In this document: positions 15,769-24,912 of the stretch, one piece after another
How the letters are laid out: each line of letters begins with the position of its first letter
Numbering within the stretch: the first letter of the stretch is position 1
NCBI GenBank assembly: GCA_039793475.1
Contig: JBAMLP010000040.1
Span: forward strand, 1 to 26,010
Length of the DNA: 26,010 bases
DNA from: Candidatus Micrarchaeales archaeon
Lineage (GTDB): Archaea > Micrarchaeota > Micrarchaeia > Anstonellales > J096
Direction of reading: 5' to 3'
The notes under the pieces: model-generated
Told to the model about the DNA's origin: nothing
Seen by the model: the letters and a program-made list of their open reading frames with translations, nothing else
The model's database searches: none
Program-made: the position numbers and the translations under genes

Positions 15769-15807
15769 TTTTAAACATTTGTATACTAAAGTATACTCAT
15801 GTATACT
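15769..15807 (+). promoter_or_regulatory. TA promoter: TATA box plus three GTATACT operator boxes at 10-bp spacing
   Basis: TTTTAAAC at 15769-15776. GTATACT at 15781, 15791 and 15801; the last overlaps the ATG at 15799. Confidence 0.7.
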
Positions 15808-16017
15808 ACAATAAAAATATCATACGAGCTGAAAAAAGTGCTTGATAGGATGAAGTTTGTGGAAGGCGAAACCTACGAGCAGGTAATAGAAGATTTTGTT
15901 GAGGACCATCTAGAGCTCAATCCTGAATTTGAGAAAGAGATTAAAGAAGCTCTGAAGGAGTGTAGGGAAGGAAAAACAGTCCCCTTTGAGAAAATAAAAT
16001 CCAAACTCAAGAAGTGA
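15799..16017 (+). CDS. Antitoxin (RelB-like, putative RHH N-terminus)
   Basis: TTIKIS.ELKKVLDRMK..GETYEQVIED and acidic C-terminal EIKEALKECREGKTVPFE; sits directly upstream of a RelE-family gene. Confidence 0.8.
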   Translation: MYTTIKISYELKKVLDRMKFVEGETYEQVIEDFVEDHLELNPEFEKEIKEALKECREGKTVPFEKIKSKLKK

Positions 16018-16021
16018 GCTG

Positions 16022-16273
16022 ATGTACGACATTGTTTTCTCAAAAAAAGCCGAGCGCGACCTAGATTTTCTTTCGCAAAAGATTAAAGAAAGAGTAGTCG
16101 CAGTGCTTGAAAGAATAAGAATAGACCCTTATCGCTATTTGAGGAAACTTTCCAAGTTAGGTGTTTACCGTATTAGGACAGGAGATTACAGGATTATAAT
16201 TGATGTTAACGAAAGCGACAAGGTTCTGTTCGTATTGAAAGTAGGCCATAGAAAGAAAATATATAAATGGTAG
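16022..16273 (+). CDS. relE: RelE/StbE-family toxin
   Basis: YDIVFSKKAERDL, YRIRTGDYRII and VLKVGHRKKIY are typical RelE/ParE superfamily motifs. Confidence 0.92.
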   Translation: MYDIVFSKKAERDLDFLSQKIKERVVAVLERIRIDPYRYLRKLSKLGVYRIRTGDYRIIIDVNESDKVLFVLKVGHRKKIYKW

Positions 16274-16275
16274 TG

Positions 16276-16860
16276 CTAAACCTCCTTAAACGCAATCAGC
16301 CCTATTTTTGATTTGAAAAAACTGTAATTTCTCTCCAAATAAACCTTTTCTATTTTCGTCCCTCTCTCCTTTATTACTTCTATTATGTTCTCCTCTTTCG
16401 GAACCTCTTCGCTCGCGATCGCAATAACATACTTTAACCCAAGCGCCCTTGCCTCATCCTCCCTTGCCTTAACTAGCTTCTGCCTTATTCCTCTTCCCTC
16501 ATAAGCGAGTAAAAGAGCAACATCCTCTAAATAAAGCGCATTTGCCGCCCCCTTTCCTATTGTTTTTGTTGCCCTATCAAATGCAGTCGGCCATGCCAAA
16601 CCGACAGCAACGAGCATCCTATCCACATACGCACCGTAGCTCGCACCCTGTTTCAGAATTTCCTCAATCTGCTTTGCCTCTGCCTTTCCTATTTCAAACA
16701 TCGCCTTTCTCATTATGGAAATAACATCCTCAAAGTCTTCCATATCGAGCCTTTTTATCTCCGCCTCCTCACTATCTATCGCAAGCTCGTATGCTCTCTT
16801 TTTCTTTGCAGCAGGAGGTGCTTTTATTTCCTCTTCCCTATGCGTAAACGGATTCGCCAT
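16276..16860 (-). CDS. GNAT-family N-acetyltransferase-like protein
   Basis: IKRLDMEDFEDV, YLEDVALLLAYEGRGIRQKLV (motif A, degenerate) and EARALGLKYV. Confidence 0.7.
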   Translation of the reverse strand: MANPFTHREEEIKAPPAAKKKRAYELAIDSEEAEIKRLDMEDFEDVISIMRKAMFEIGKAEAKQIEEILKQGASYGAYVDRMLVAVGLAWPTAFDRATKTIGKGAANALYLEDVALLLAYEGRGIRQKLVKAREDEARALGLKYVIAIASEEVPKEENIIEVIKERGTKIEKVYLERNYSFFKSKIGLIAFKEV

Positions 16861-16869
16861 ATCCTCTCC

Positions 16870-17199
16870 TCACATAAACTTTATTCCACAGGAGGGGCAC
16901 CTTGTTGCATAGTAATCCATTCTGTATCCGCACCTCGGGCATATGTATAATGTTTTTCCCATCCTTGCTTCGAGCTCCTCAAAATCAAACCCGCATTTCT
17001 CGCATTTTTTTGCATCTAGTTGGTTTGCAGTTCCGCATTTTGGGCATTTTTTGCGGAACATGCTCTTTATTCTTGTTCCGCACTTTGGGCATCTCTCCAT
17101 CTCTAATGTTATCTCTTCTCCACAGTTCGGGCATTTGTATTTTCCGGCATATTTCGGTTTTCCTTTTACCCATCCAAGCAACAGGTCTAATATTCCCAT
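16870..17199 (-). CDS. Double zinc-ribbon protein
   Basis: Six CxxC pairs (CPNC, CPKC, CPKC, CEKC, CPRC, CPSC) in 109 aa, with a short amphipathic N-terminus MGILDLLLGWVKG. Confidence 0.85.
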   Translation of the reverse strand: MGILDLLLGWVKGKPKYAGKYKCPNCGEEITLEMERCPKCGTRIKSMFRKKCPKCGTANQLDAKKCEKCGFDFEELEARMGKTLYICPRCGYRMDYYATRCPSCGIKFM

Positions 17200-18032
17200 C
17201 TAGCTATCAGCACCCCTAATGCTGTTAAAATAAATGCTGAAGGGCACATGCCTGGTTGTTGTTGAGGTTGGGGTTCCTGTTCCTCCTCTTCCGGTGGCTG
17301 TTCTACCGGAGGCTTCTCTTCCGCAGGCGGCTGCTCCTCTTCCGGAGGGGGTATGTTTATCTCTTGCTCCTCTTCAGGGGCAGGAGGAATGCATCCTTCG
17401 AGTAATGCCTGTGCATCTGCTTTCACTTGGGTTGCGAGTATGTTTGCTTTTGGAGCTTCACATATTGCCATCAGCCTTTCCATCTCATCTATTTTGTTTT
17501 TTATCTCTGTTGCGTTACATCCCTTTTCTTCAATCTGAGAAACCAATCCCTCAATTTCCGCGATGTTTTTTTTCAGGATTATCTCGTTTGTTGTTTCCCA
17601 GTGGTCCACCCTTATTGTAATCTCTTTTCTTACAGTTAGCCCTCGATTCTCAGGGTCATCGTACCGGAGTTCGATCGCGGGCGTTTCTACTGTTCCGTTT
17701 CCCTTTCCTCCGTAGTAAAAATCAAATTGAACCTGCTTATTCTCAAAATCTCCTTCCTTAACGACAAGCAGAAGCCCTCTATCTACCCATCCGCCGGTTC
17801 TCATATCATAGGTTGAGTAGTATACAGGCACATCCTCATTATACTCATTACTAAGCCCAAGTTTTATCATAAACTCAAATGGTCCATTATTTGATGGATG
17901 ACAGTTCATCGGTTGCATGGAAATAACAGGCTTAACTTCTTTTACAGTTATTTTCATTTTTGACTCCAAGGTTGCTGTAAAAACCATCCCCAACAATCCA
18001 AACAACACAAACAGTGCAATAATTTTTCTCAT
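17187..18032 (-). CDS. Secreted surface protein with Pro/Glu-rich stalk and Cys-containing C-terminal anchor
   Basis: Signal peptide MRKIIALFVLFGLLGMVFT, beta-rich domain, coiled-coil-like segment, PPPEEEQPPAEEKPPVEQPPEEEEQ linker, then GMCPSAFILTALGVLIARWEY. Confidence 0.8.
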   Translation of the reverse strand: MRKIIALFVLFGLLGMVFTATLESKMKITVKEVKPVISMQPMNCHPSNNGPFEFMIKLGLSNEYNEDVPVYYSTYDMRTGGWVDRGLLLVVKEGDFENKQVQFDFYYGGKGNGTVETPAIELRYDDPENRGLTVRKEITIRVDHWETTNEIILKKNIAEIEGLVSQIEEKGCNATEIKNKIDEMERLMAICEAPKANILATQVKADAQALLEGCIPPAPEEEQEINIPPPEEEQPPAEEKPPVEQPPEEEEQEPQPQQQPGMCPSAFILTALGVLIARWEY

Positions 18033-18093
18033 TCTCTCCCCCTATTTCTTTGAATACAAAACATTTTTAAGCACTTACTTTCATCTCCCAACG

Positions 18094-19212
18094 ATGGATC
18101 CGTTCTTTTGTTTGCCTATTATTGTGCTCATCTCTGTTTTTGTGATTGCATTTGGTTTTATGCTTGCAGGCATTCTGAACAACCCCCAGTTTGATGCAAA
18201 AGTAAAGGAGGAGATGAGAGTAACCATAACAGGAATTCTGTTGCTTATATTCGTTGTTGGAATATTCACTTCAATAAATGCATTCATAAAAACATACACT
18301 GGTTATGAAGATGTTGGTACCCTCTCTGGCTTTGTGCTGGAAAAATTCGAGAACAAAACCAAATTTCTGTTTGTTGAATACTCAACTGTGCTTACAAGGA
18401 TTGGGCAGTATGCTGGCCTCAGCTACCATGTTTCCATTCCTATTGCTGTCTATCAAGTGAATATTGGAGAGGCTCCTTTCACCGGGCTTGGTTCTGTTTC
18501 CTCCTCTCTCCATGGAATAGGGAATGTTCTTTCCATATTCTATTTCGCTTTGGTTTCGCTGAAAATTGTCATTCCGTTCGCAGCATGGATAAGCAAGGAC
18601 TACCTTCTTCCAATTGCGTTTGCATTTAGGTTGATGCCCGGAACAAGGAAAATAGGCGCAACGCTTATTGCGCTGGCTCTTTCTGCAGCCATAGCTCTGC
18701 CAGCGGCTGTTGTTGTAGTCGGAGACCTTCTGGATTCTGCGGTTTCCATGCCCCATTACGCCGCCATCGAGATGAAGAGCATGCATTCCAGAATGCCAGA
18801 CCCGATGAGAATGAGCGTAATTCCGCCGATCGTCTGCTCCCCTGCGTTTCAGGCAATAGCCCAACCTACAGACCAGGTTTATGACTGGGCAATATGCACG
18901 CCGCTCTCTTGGGTTGGTGTTCCTTACCCTATTTGCGAACTAGTTGTTGACTTTGCTTACAATATTGTATTCACCATAGCCGCAATACTCCAGTTTTATC
19001 AGATAATCGGATTAACATTCTGGGTGGATACGCTTGCGGAAGTTTTCGATCCACTCATGGATTTTTTCATTCCTGCAGTAGTTGAGCTGAGCACAACACT
19101 TACAATATTCCTTGTTTCAATCACTCTCATAGTTGTTAGCGCCTACCGCTCCATTTCCGTTGCGCTTGGAGGGGAGTTCTTCATGTATGGATTTTCAAGG
19201 TTTACGGGGTGA
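18094..19212 (+). CDS. Polytopic membrane protein, paralog 1 of 6 (CedA/VirB6-like)
   Basis: Shared motifs FMLAGILNNPQFDAKVKEE, LLPIAFAFRLMPGTRKIGATLIA..LP and C-terminal SVALGGE. ATG 18094 chosen because the track start 17917 overlaps the opposite-strand gene. Confidence 0.75.
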   Translation: MDPFFCLPIIVLISVFVIAFGFMLAGILNNPQFDAKVKEEMRVTITGILLLIFVVGIFTSINAFIKTYTGYEDVGTLSGFVLEKFENKTKFLFVEYSTVLTRIGQYAGLSYHVSIPIAVYQVNIGEAPFTGLGSVSSSLHGIGNVLSIFYFALVSLKIVIPFAAWISKDYLLPIAFAFRLMPGTRKIGATLIALALSAAIALPAAVVVVGDLLDSAVSMPHYAAIEMKSMHSRMPDPMRMSVIPPIVCSPAFQAIAQPTDQVYDWAICTPLSWVGVPYPICELVVDFAYNIVFTIAAILQFYQIIGLTFWVDTLAEVFDPLMDFFIPAVVELSTTLTIFLVSITLIVVSAYRSISVALGGEFFMYGFSRFTG

Positions 19213-19217
19213 TTTTT

Positions 19218-20132
19218 ATGAAAAAAGCATTTCTCCTGCTGATGTTTTTTTCCTTTCTCTTTGCGCAGAATGTGTGCGACCCCACAACAGGAATAGACGA
19301 TTTCTGGTGGCAGGTCATCACTATTCTCGCTGGTGTTTCTGCCCTTTTGATTGCAGTAGTTTACATCATCGGTTCAGCCTTCCATTTTCCAAACTACATT
19401 GTGCTCGCAAAGGATGAGCTCTCCCACCTCATCCTAACCCTCTTCATAGTGTTGCTCATGCAGGGAATATTCGTTGGAAGCTGTGGAATTTTTTCCTCCT
19501 ACCTCTCTGCGTATGCAGGGGTTGAGAACCCCATAGAGTACTCAAAAACCTTCTTTTCAAAAATGCAGAACGAGCTCCAGAATATAATAAAAACCCTGTA
19601 CAGCGACTATTTTGACTATCGCATCCAGTCCTCTGTTTTCATGGGAAGGTATGACATAGGTGGTAGCGGAGTGATGCTCTACACGAACTACTGGATGGAT
19701 GTTGTTGCCTCGCAGATTGAAACCATCATAAACCTTCTTTCCATTCTACTTCTCTCAGCAAAGATGCAGGCAATAATGTTCGAGCTCGCTGTGGATGTGA
19801 TTGTTCCGTGGAGCATACCGTTTGCAGTAATTGCGCGTCTTATTCCGCAGGCAAGGGAAGCAGGCAACATCCTCCTTGCGATCGTATTCTCATTCTACAT
19901 TCTTCTTCCATTCTCCTATTCAATTTTCGCAGCGAGCTATGATAAAATTTCAATTCCCTGCTCATCCAAAATCGCCGCAGACCCGTTCTTCGGTGGCTGT
20001 GAAGCAAACGGTTTCATCGCATTCGCAAAGTTTTTCCCATACACAATACTTTTCCCGAACATAGCGCTTGCAATTGTCATAAGCTCCATAGATGCAATAA
20101 GAAGAACGCTCTCGTTTGGTGGTGTACCATGA
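19218..20132 (+). CDS. Polytopic membrane protein, paralog 2 of 6
   Basis: Signal peptide MKKAFLLLMFFSFLFA; YIIGSAF..LAKDEL; IPFAVIARLIPQAREAGNILLA..LP. RBS GGGGTGA precedes ATG 19218 (GTG 19209 is an alternative). Confidence 0.75.
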   Translation: MKKAFLLLMFFSFLFAQNVCDPTTGIDDFWWQVITILAGVSALLIAVVYIIGSAFHFPNYIVLAKDELSHLILTLFIVLLMQGIFVGSCGIFSSYLSAYAGVENPIEYSKTFFSKMQNELQNIIKTLYSDYFDYRIQSSVFMGRYDIGGSGVMLYTNYWMDVVASQIETIINLLSILLLSAKMQAIMFELAVDVIVPWSIPFAVIARLIPQAREAGNILLAIVFSFYILLPFSYSIFAASYDKISIPCSSKIAADPFFGGCEANGFIAFAKFFPYTILFPNIALAIVISSIDAIRRTLSFGGVP

Positions 20133-21847
20133 AAAAAATACTAGTGCTGTTCCTGCTGGCTGTTTTGCTTTTTGCCCAGCCACCAACCTACACAGAAGCT
20201 TTTGAAACCCTCCCGAAAACAACCTTTGTTTCAACAGTCTTTTCCAACTGGCAGCTCGTTGCTCTCATCCTCCTTCTGATTTCACTAATGGTTGCTATAT
20301 TCGCTATAGTTGGGGGAAAAGCTTTTAGGCTGTCCCAGCTTGAGGCATGGGGAAAGGTTGAGCTGGGCGAGATATTCATAAATGCACTCATAATAATTTT
20401 CATACTTTCATTCCTCGGTTTTCTTGATGCCCTTGCATCCCAGGTAATTCCGTGCACTCAGAACTGCATTGCTGGAAGTGCTTCTGAATATTTAGGAGAG
20501 TATATAACACAAGTAAGAGATGTTGCCAAGGCAATATACTCAGATGCGATTACTTACGGAAAAATCTCCTCACTCTCTCGTGGTTTTGGGTCGGATACAA
20601 TATGGACTACCCAACTTCCATCATGGCTTTACTACCACATTAGTAACAGGCCTTTTGCATGGTTTGCCATTCACCTAACGCGCGACAATGTTTTGATGGA
20701 TTTTTTAAGTTCTGCATACTCCCTTTTGTTGGCTGAAAAATTCTTTCTGGATAATGTTGCATTTGTTTTCGGGCCTTTTTTCATACTTACAGGGGTAATA
20801 CTTCGCTCATTCTTCCTAACAAGAAGGGTTGGCGGGACGTTCATTGCTGTTGGATTTGGGGCCATGGTTGTTTTCCCAGCAATGTTCTTGCTTACTTTTG
20901 CAACAACAGAAAATAGATTCTCTCTTGATGTAAGCTATAACTTTGGCCAACAGTGCCCTCTTGAATGCAAAATGCAGGTTCCGGTTGCATACAATTCAAC
21001 ACATGCAATCTCATACGAAGAGCTCATACAAATTGCACAGGATAAGAATTGGACGAATGAGGAGTTTGAAGAAATATACAATGGAAGCAGAGAGGGGCTG
21101 GATGGCGTTTACTCGTGCAACTATCCGCCTTTCTGCCCCTCTTTCTGCCGGATTCTTCCCTATCCCCTTGAAATTTCTGAATGTGTAGATGCGCAGAAAA
21201 ACTGCTCTCAGGTTTTAGATAGCAGGGAAAAATGCTTTACAAACAGGGTTGTTCTCGAACCGAATTATGAGGAATTGAAAACTGTTGATTCACGGTGCAG
21301 GGTCGTTGCACCGCTTTCCATTCCGACCTCAGAGGAGTATTGCCCATCTTTTTGCATGGCAGTTTACACAAACAAAACCTCCTACTGCTATAACAATATA
21401 AACTATGAAAAGTTTAAGGATGGGTGCAAAAGCTACTATCCGCAAAATCCAGAACAAATATGGAAGGACGCAAACGAGAGTTTCTATGCTGAGAACAGGG
21501 AGGGAATGATTGAAACGGCTAAGCAAACAAGCGTTTACATAATACACGAGGGTATGGGAGAGGCTGATTGCAAAGCATTGCTAGATTTTGATGACCCTGG
21601 CTTTGGCTACAACCCACCAGTTTTTGCAAGCTGCGAGGACCACTGCACAACCCAAGCTCCGACCCAGACACACTCCGCAATCGGCAAGCTCACAACCATT
21701 CCCTATGTTGAAAGTGTTGCAAAAATGATGATAGACGCCTACCTTCTTCCGCTCTTCAACATAGCTGTCACAATAGTTTTTATCTCAGGGCTTGCTTCAT
21801 TTTTGGGAGGGGAACTTTTCGTTCCTGCTTTGGGTGAACTCATATGA
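20129..21847 (+). CDS. Polytopic membrane protein, paralog 3 of 6, with a large Cys-rich extracellular insert
   Basis: Signal peptide; GGKAF..AWGKVEL; GVILRSFFLTRRVGGTFIA..FP; 16-Cys insert; C-terminal SFLGGE. ATGA overlap with the upstream gene. Confidence 0.78.
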   Translation: MKKILVLFLLAVLLFAQPPTYTEAFETLPKTTFVSTVFSNWQLVALILLLISLMVAIFAIVGGKAFRLSQLEAWGKVELGEIFINALIIIFILSFLGFLDALASQVIPCTQNCIAGSASEYLGEYITQVRDVAKAIYSDAITYGKISSLSRGFGSDTIWTTQLPSWLYYHISNRPFAWFAIHLTRDNVLMDFLSSAYSLLLAEKFFLDNVAFVFGPFFILTGVILRSFFLTRRVGGTFIAVGFGAMVVFPAMFLLTFATTENRFSLDVSYNFGQQCPLECKMQVPVAYNSTHAISYEELIQIAQDKNWTNEEFEEIYNGSREGLDGVYSCNYPPFCPSFCRILPYPLEISECVDAQKNCSQVLDSREKCFTNRVVLEPNYEELKTVDSRCRVVAPLSIPTSEEYCPSFCMAVYTNKTSYCYNNINYEKFKDGCKSYYPQNPEQIWKDANESFYAENREGMIETAKQTSVYIIHEGMGEADCKALLDFDDPGFGYNPPVFASCEDHCTTQAPTQTHSAIGKLTTIPYVESVAKMMIDAYLLPLFNIAVTIVFISGLASFLGGELFVPALGELI

Positions 21848-22866
21848 GAAGGATGTTGTTCCTCCTATTGCTGTTTACTCTTTCTTTTGCAGCCAACCCA
21901 GAGAACTGGGAGAGATCCTCTATTCTTGCGATGCTCATCGCAGCACTCCTCATTACTTTTGTTTATGCAGGAGGAATAGCTTTTGAGAGTGATGGGCTGA
22001 AGCTTGCAGCGAAGCAGGAGGCGTACGAATGGATTACTACTCTTGGAATGTTCGCCCTCTTCCTTTTTGTGGTTTCACTCATAGATCAGTTTTCTGCTGG
22101 AGCTGCTTCCTACTGGTTCCCACATGAAAATTTAGATTCAATCCCAACACCCAAGCACATAAATTTTGCAATAAACATAAGCGAGAGGCTTCTTTCTGAG
22201 CAGGCAATCCTTCTTAGCCAGATAGCAACCATCTCAAAAGCCATCTCCGATGAATCCACAAAGAGCTTCTCCTGTTCAGCAATATACGCTGGTTTCGAGC
22301 TGAATCCGTGCATGGGGTTCAACGCGTTTTCCAACCCTCTCAACATGTATGGAGCTACGGTTGGCGCTTCCATAGCAACAACAAACTCTCAAATATTTCT
22401 TCTGAAGCTCACCCCTCCATTCGTCCTTCTCATAGTTTTCCCGCTAGGAATATTTATGAGGTGCTTTGCAGTGAGCAGGGGGCTTGGCGGGTTCCTGCTT
22501 TCCCTTGCGTTTGGGCTTTATTTTGTCTACCCGCTCATGATTGTTTTCATGTACGGAGTTACCACGAATTACCAGGTCATCAACACTCTTAACCCAATTA
22601 TAAATGTGGATACTTCGAATATTAAATGCAAGGCAACGAACATAGGCATCAGTCCTTCCGTAGACCCAGCGCGTGATGCCATGGACGCAACAAGAACAAT
22701 GGTTTATGCAGACTATTCCGGGGCCGTTTTCCTTGTGCTCGTAAAATCCATGTTCTCTGAAGGAGTTTCCCTTCTTGTGTTGATCTCCCTGATAGGCGCA
22801 TCATCAAAAGCCTTCGGTGCAGAGGTTTATGCCTTTGTGCTCGCGCAACTTGAGAAGATAGCATGA
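21844..22866 (+). CDS. Polytopic membrane protein, paralog 4 of 6
   Basis: Signal peptide; YAGGIAF..AAKQEA; FPLGIFMRCFAVSRGLGGFLLS..YP; KAFGAE. ATGA overlap. Confidence 0.78.
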   Translation: MRRMLFLLLLFTLSFAANPENWERSSILAMLIAALLITFVYAGGIAFESDGLKLAAKQEAYEWITTLGMFALFLFVVSLIDQFSAGAASYWFPHENLDSIPTPKHINFAINISERLLSEQAILLSQIATISKAISDESTKSFSCSAIYAGFELNPCMGFNAFSNPLNMYGATVGASIATTNSQIFLLKLTPPFVLLIVFPLGIFMRCFAVSRGLGGFLLSLAFGLYFVYPLMIVFMYGVTTNYQVINTLNPIINVDTSNIKCKATNIGISPSVDPARDAMDATRTMVYADYSGAVFLVLVKSMFSEGVSLLVLISLIGASSKAFGAEVYAFVLAQLEKIA

Positions 22867-23951
22867 CCTGCACAACATTCACCCCGGAAATGCTGAACAT
22901 GGACTTTGTGTACACAGCCATGGCCATAGGAACCGCTTCCTCTGCGATAGCGATCTCAATAGTTTATATGATAGGAAAAATAACAAACAACCCAAGATTG
23001 GATGTGTGGGCGCATGATGAACTTCCCCAGCTTTTTTTCTCAGCGCTGTTCGCAATTTTCATACTCGGCTTCCTAAATATTGGAATGATGTACAAAGTTT
23101 CTGCGCTTTCTGAACTTACAAATTTTACTGTTCAGAATGGAGAGATGTGCTTGTACGATTTTGCAGATGCCTATCTTGATGACATGGCCATGTATGTGCA
23201 CAACACCATGCGCATCACAAGAATATATACTATGATGGCAGGTTTTATTTCTGCTATATGGAAATACCAGTGCACCTCTGTATGGTGCTTCCTTGCAGGC
23301 CAGGGGGTTGGCTTAAACCCTGATGCCTGGGTCTCTTTAATTTCTGCTGTTCTTAACGCGCAGGCCCAGACCTCCTCTCTCGCTCTTCTCAGTATTCTTG
23401 CGCAGAAATACCTCCTTCGCTCTTTTATTAGCGGTGGGTTTCTCCTTATTATCCCGCTTGGCCTTGTCCTCCGCTCTGTTCCATTTGCAAGGAGGGTTGG
23501 CGGGATTTTGCTTGCAATAGGAGCAGGCTTCATAGTTTTCTTCCCAATTCTTCTTGTTGTTGAAGGGCTTGTTTTCAGGCCTGAAATGTGGGGATACGGC
23601 AATCAGGAGAATATTGATTATTTAACATCTGAGGGAGGGCTCAACATTGATGAAACCGACCCGTATTTTAAGGGCGGGCTGGAGTGGAATATACTTCTTT
23701 TCGGCCAGTTTGATTATTTTTTCGAGGAGGATGATGGCAGGATATTCTTATGCAAAAACCTCGGCCCGCCATGGTCTAACCCAGCATGCTCTGTTTCACT
23801 TGATAGGCTGCTTGCGTATGGTGGGATAAGCTTTTTAATTTCCTCGTTCCTCCTTTCATTAAACTTCATAGGTACTTCCGCTGGGATAATCGCGCTCGGA
23901 AAATTCCTTGGAGAAGAAATAGAGATTGCAAGGTTTTTGAGGATGGTGTGA
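22863..23951 (+). CDS. Polytopic membrane protein, paralog 5 of 6
   Basis: YMIGKITNNPRLDVWAHDEL; IPLGLVLRSVPFARRVGGILLA..FP; KFLGEE. ATGA overlap. Confidence 0.78.
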   Translation: MTCTTFTPEMLNMDFVYTAMAIGTASSAIAISIVYMIGKITNNPRLDVWAHDELPQLFFSALFAIFILGFLNIGMMYKVSALSELTNFTVQNGEMCLYDFADAYLDDMAMYVHNTMRITRIYTMMAGFISAIWKYQCTSVWCFLAGQGVGLNPDAWVSLISAVLNAQAQTSSLALLSILAQKYLLRSFISGGFLLIIPLGLVLRSVPFARRVGGILLAIGAGFIVFFPILLVVEGLVFRPEMWGYGNQENIDYLTSEGGLNIDETDPYFKGGLEWNILLFGQFDYFFEEDDGRIFLCKNLGPPWSNPACSVSLDRLLAYGGISFLISSFLLSLNFIGTSAGIIALGKFLGEEIEIARFLRMV

Positions 23952-24904
23952 TGGTGGATTTTCTCGCTGATTGGGAAACCAACTGGGGCCTTATTGCCCT
24001 CCTCTCAGTGTTCATACTTTTTTTCATAGAAATAATACATTACATGTTTGCGAAAATGTTCATGGACCAGAGAGGGCAGACGATTGCAATTGCTGAAATA
24101 ATAGACAATGTTGCGATCGCGTTAATAATAATATTCCTCATCTTCATCATAGACGGAATCTCAACAGCTCTCACATTCCCCGGCATTGAGAGGCCGATAA
24201 ACATTCTTGCAATCGAACAATCAAAAGAACAAACACTTCTCATGCTTACCTCAACGCAGGAAATACTGAATTCGGCTGCATCTGATGCGAGATGGGCTAT
24301 GCCCCTCTACTCCACTTACCTAGGGCTTATGGGTATTCCGGTTTTTCAGGGAAGCTGGTGGAGCGGTATATACAAAAGGGTTTCTGAGGTTCAGTTCCTC
24401 ACGCAGAAAGGAACAGAGCTCGCGTTTTTTCTGGCTGCAGAATACTATGTTCTGGATTACATATCAAAGTACATGCTTGCAATATTCCTTCCGATTGGAA
24501 TAGTCCTCCGTGCGATGAAGATTACGCGCGGAATAGGTGCGCTTTTCATTTCAATCGCAATCGCGCTTTACTACGTCTACCCTTCAATTTTATGGATTGC
24601 TTCAACCGGCTTTTTTGCTCCTCCAAAATCGCCAGCGCTCGAAACCGAAACAGTATGCAACTACCCAACTTACCTAAGTATAGGAAGGGGGTTTGATTTG
24701 GATTTCAGCAGTTTTTCCATGCAATCGGCGCAGATGGGAATAAAGCATAAATCAATGCAGGGGTTCATGACCTCTGTTTTCTACCACCTTCTGCTCGGAA
24801 ACCTCGCTGCCCTCTCTCTCGCGTTTGTTTTCATAAGGTTTGCGACTGTTGTGCTCGGAGGAATGCCCACGGCATTTATTTCAATGGTTTCAAAATTGGT
24901 TTAG
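23948..24904 (+). CDS. Polytopic membrane protein, paralog 6 of 6
   Basis: YMFAKMF..IAIAEI; LPIGIVLRAMKITRGIGALFIS..YP; VVLGG. Start GTG 23948 or ATG 23951, overlapping the upstream stop. Confidence 0.75.
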   Translation: MMVDFLADWETNWGLIALLSVFILFFIEIIHYMFAKMFMDQRGQTIAIAEIIDNVAIALIIIFLIFIIDGISTALTFPGIERPINILAIEQSKEQTLLMLTSTQEILNSAASDARWAMPLYSTYLGLMGIPVFQGSWWSGIYKRVSEVQFLTQKGTELAFFLAAEYYVLDYISKYMLAIFLPIGIVLRAMKITRGIGALFISIAIALYYVYPSILWIASTGFFAPPKSPALETETVCNYPTYLSIGRGFDLDFSSFSMQSAQMGIKHKSMQGFMTSVFYHLLLGNLAALSLAFVFIRFATVVLGGMPTAFISMVSKLV

Positions 24905-24912
24905 GTGAAAGA

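Noticed and set aside
3693-16273. Integrated mobile element bounded by the two TA modules
   Set aside because: The interval contains core genes (ftsZ, aglB, priS/priL) and no recombinase or terminal repeats.
17270-17390. Short imperfect DNA repeats (CTCTTCCG-like)
   Set aside because: Explained by the Pro/Glu-rich linker codons; not a CRISPR array or VNTR.
17917-18093. N-terminal extension of membrane paralog 1
   Set aside because: It overlaps the signal-peptide-coding start of the opposite-strand gene; ATG 18094 aligns with the starts of the other paralogs.
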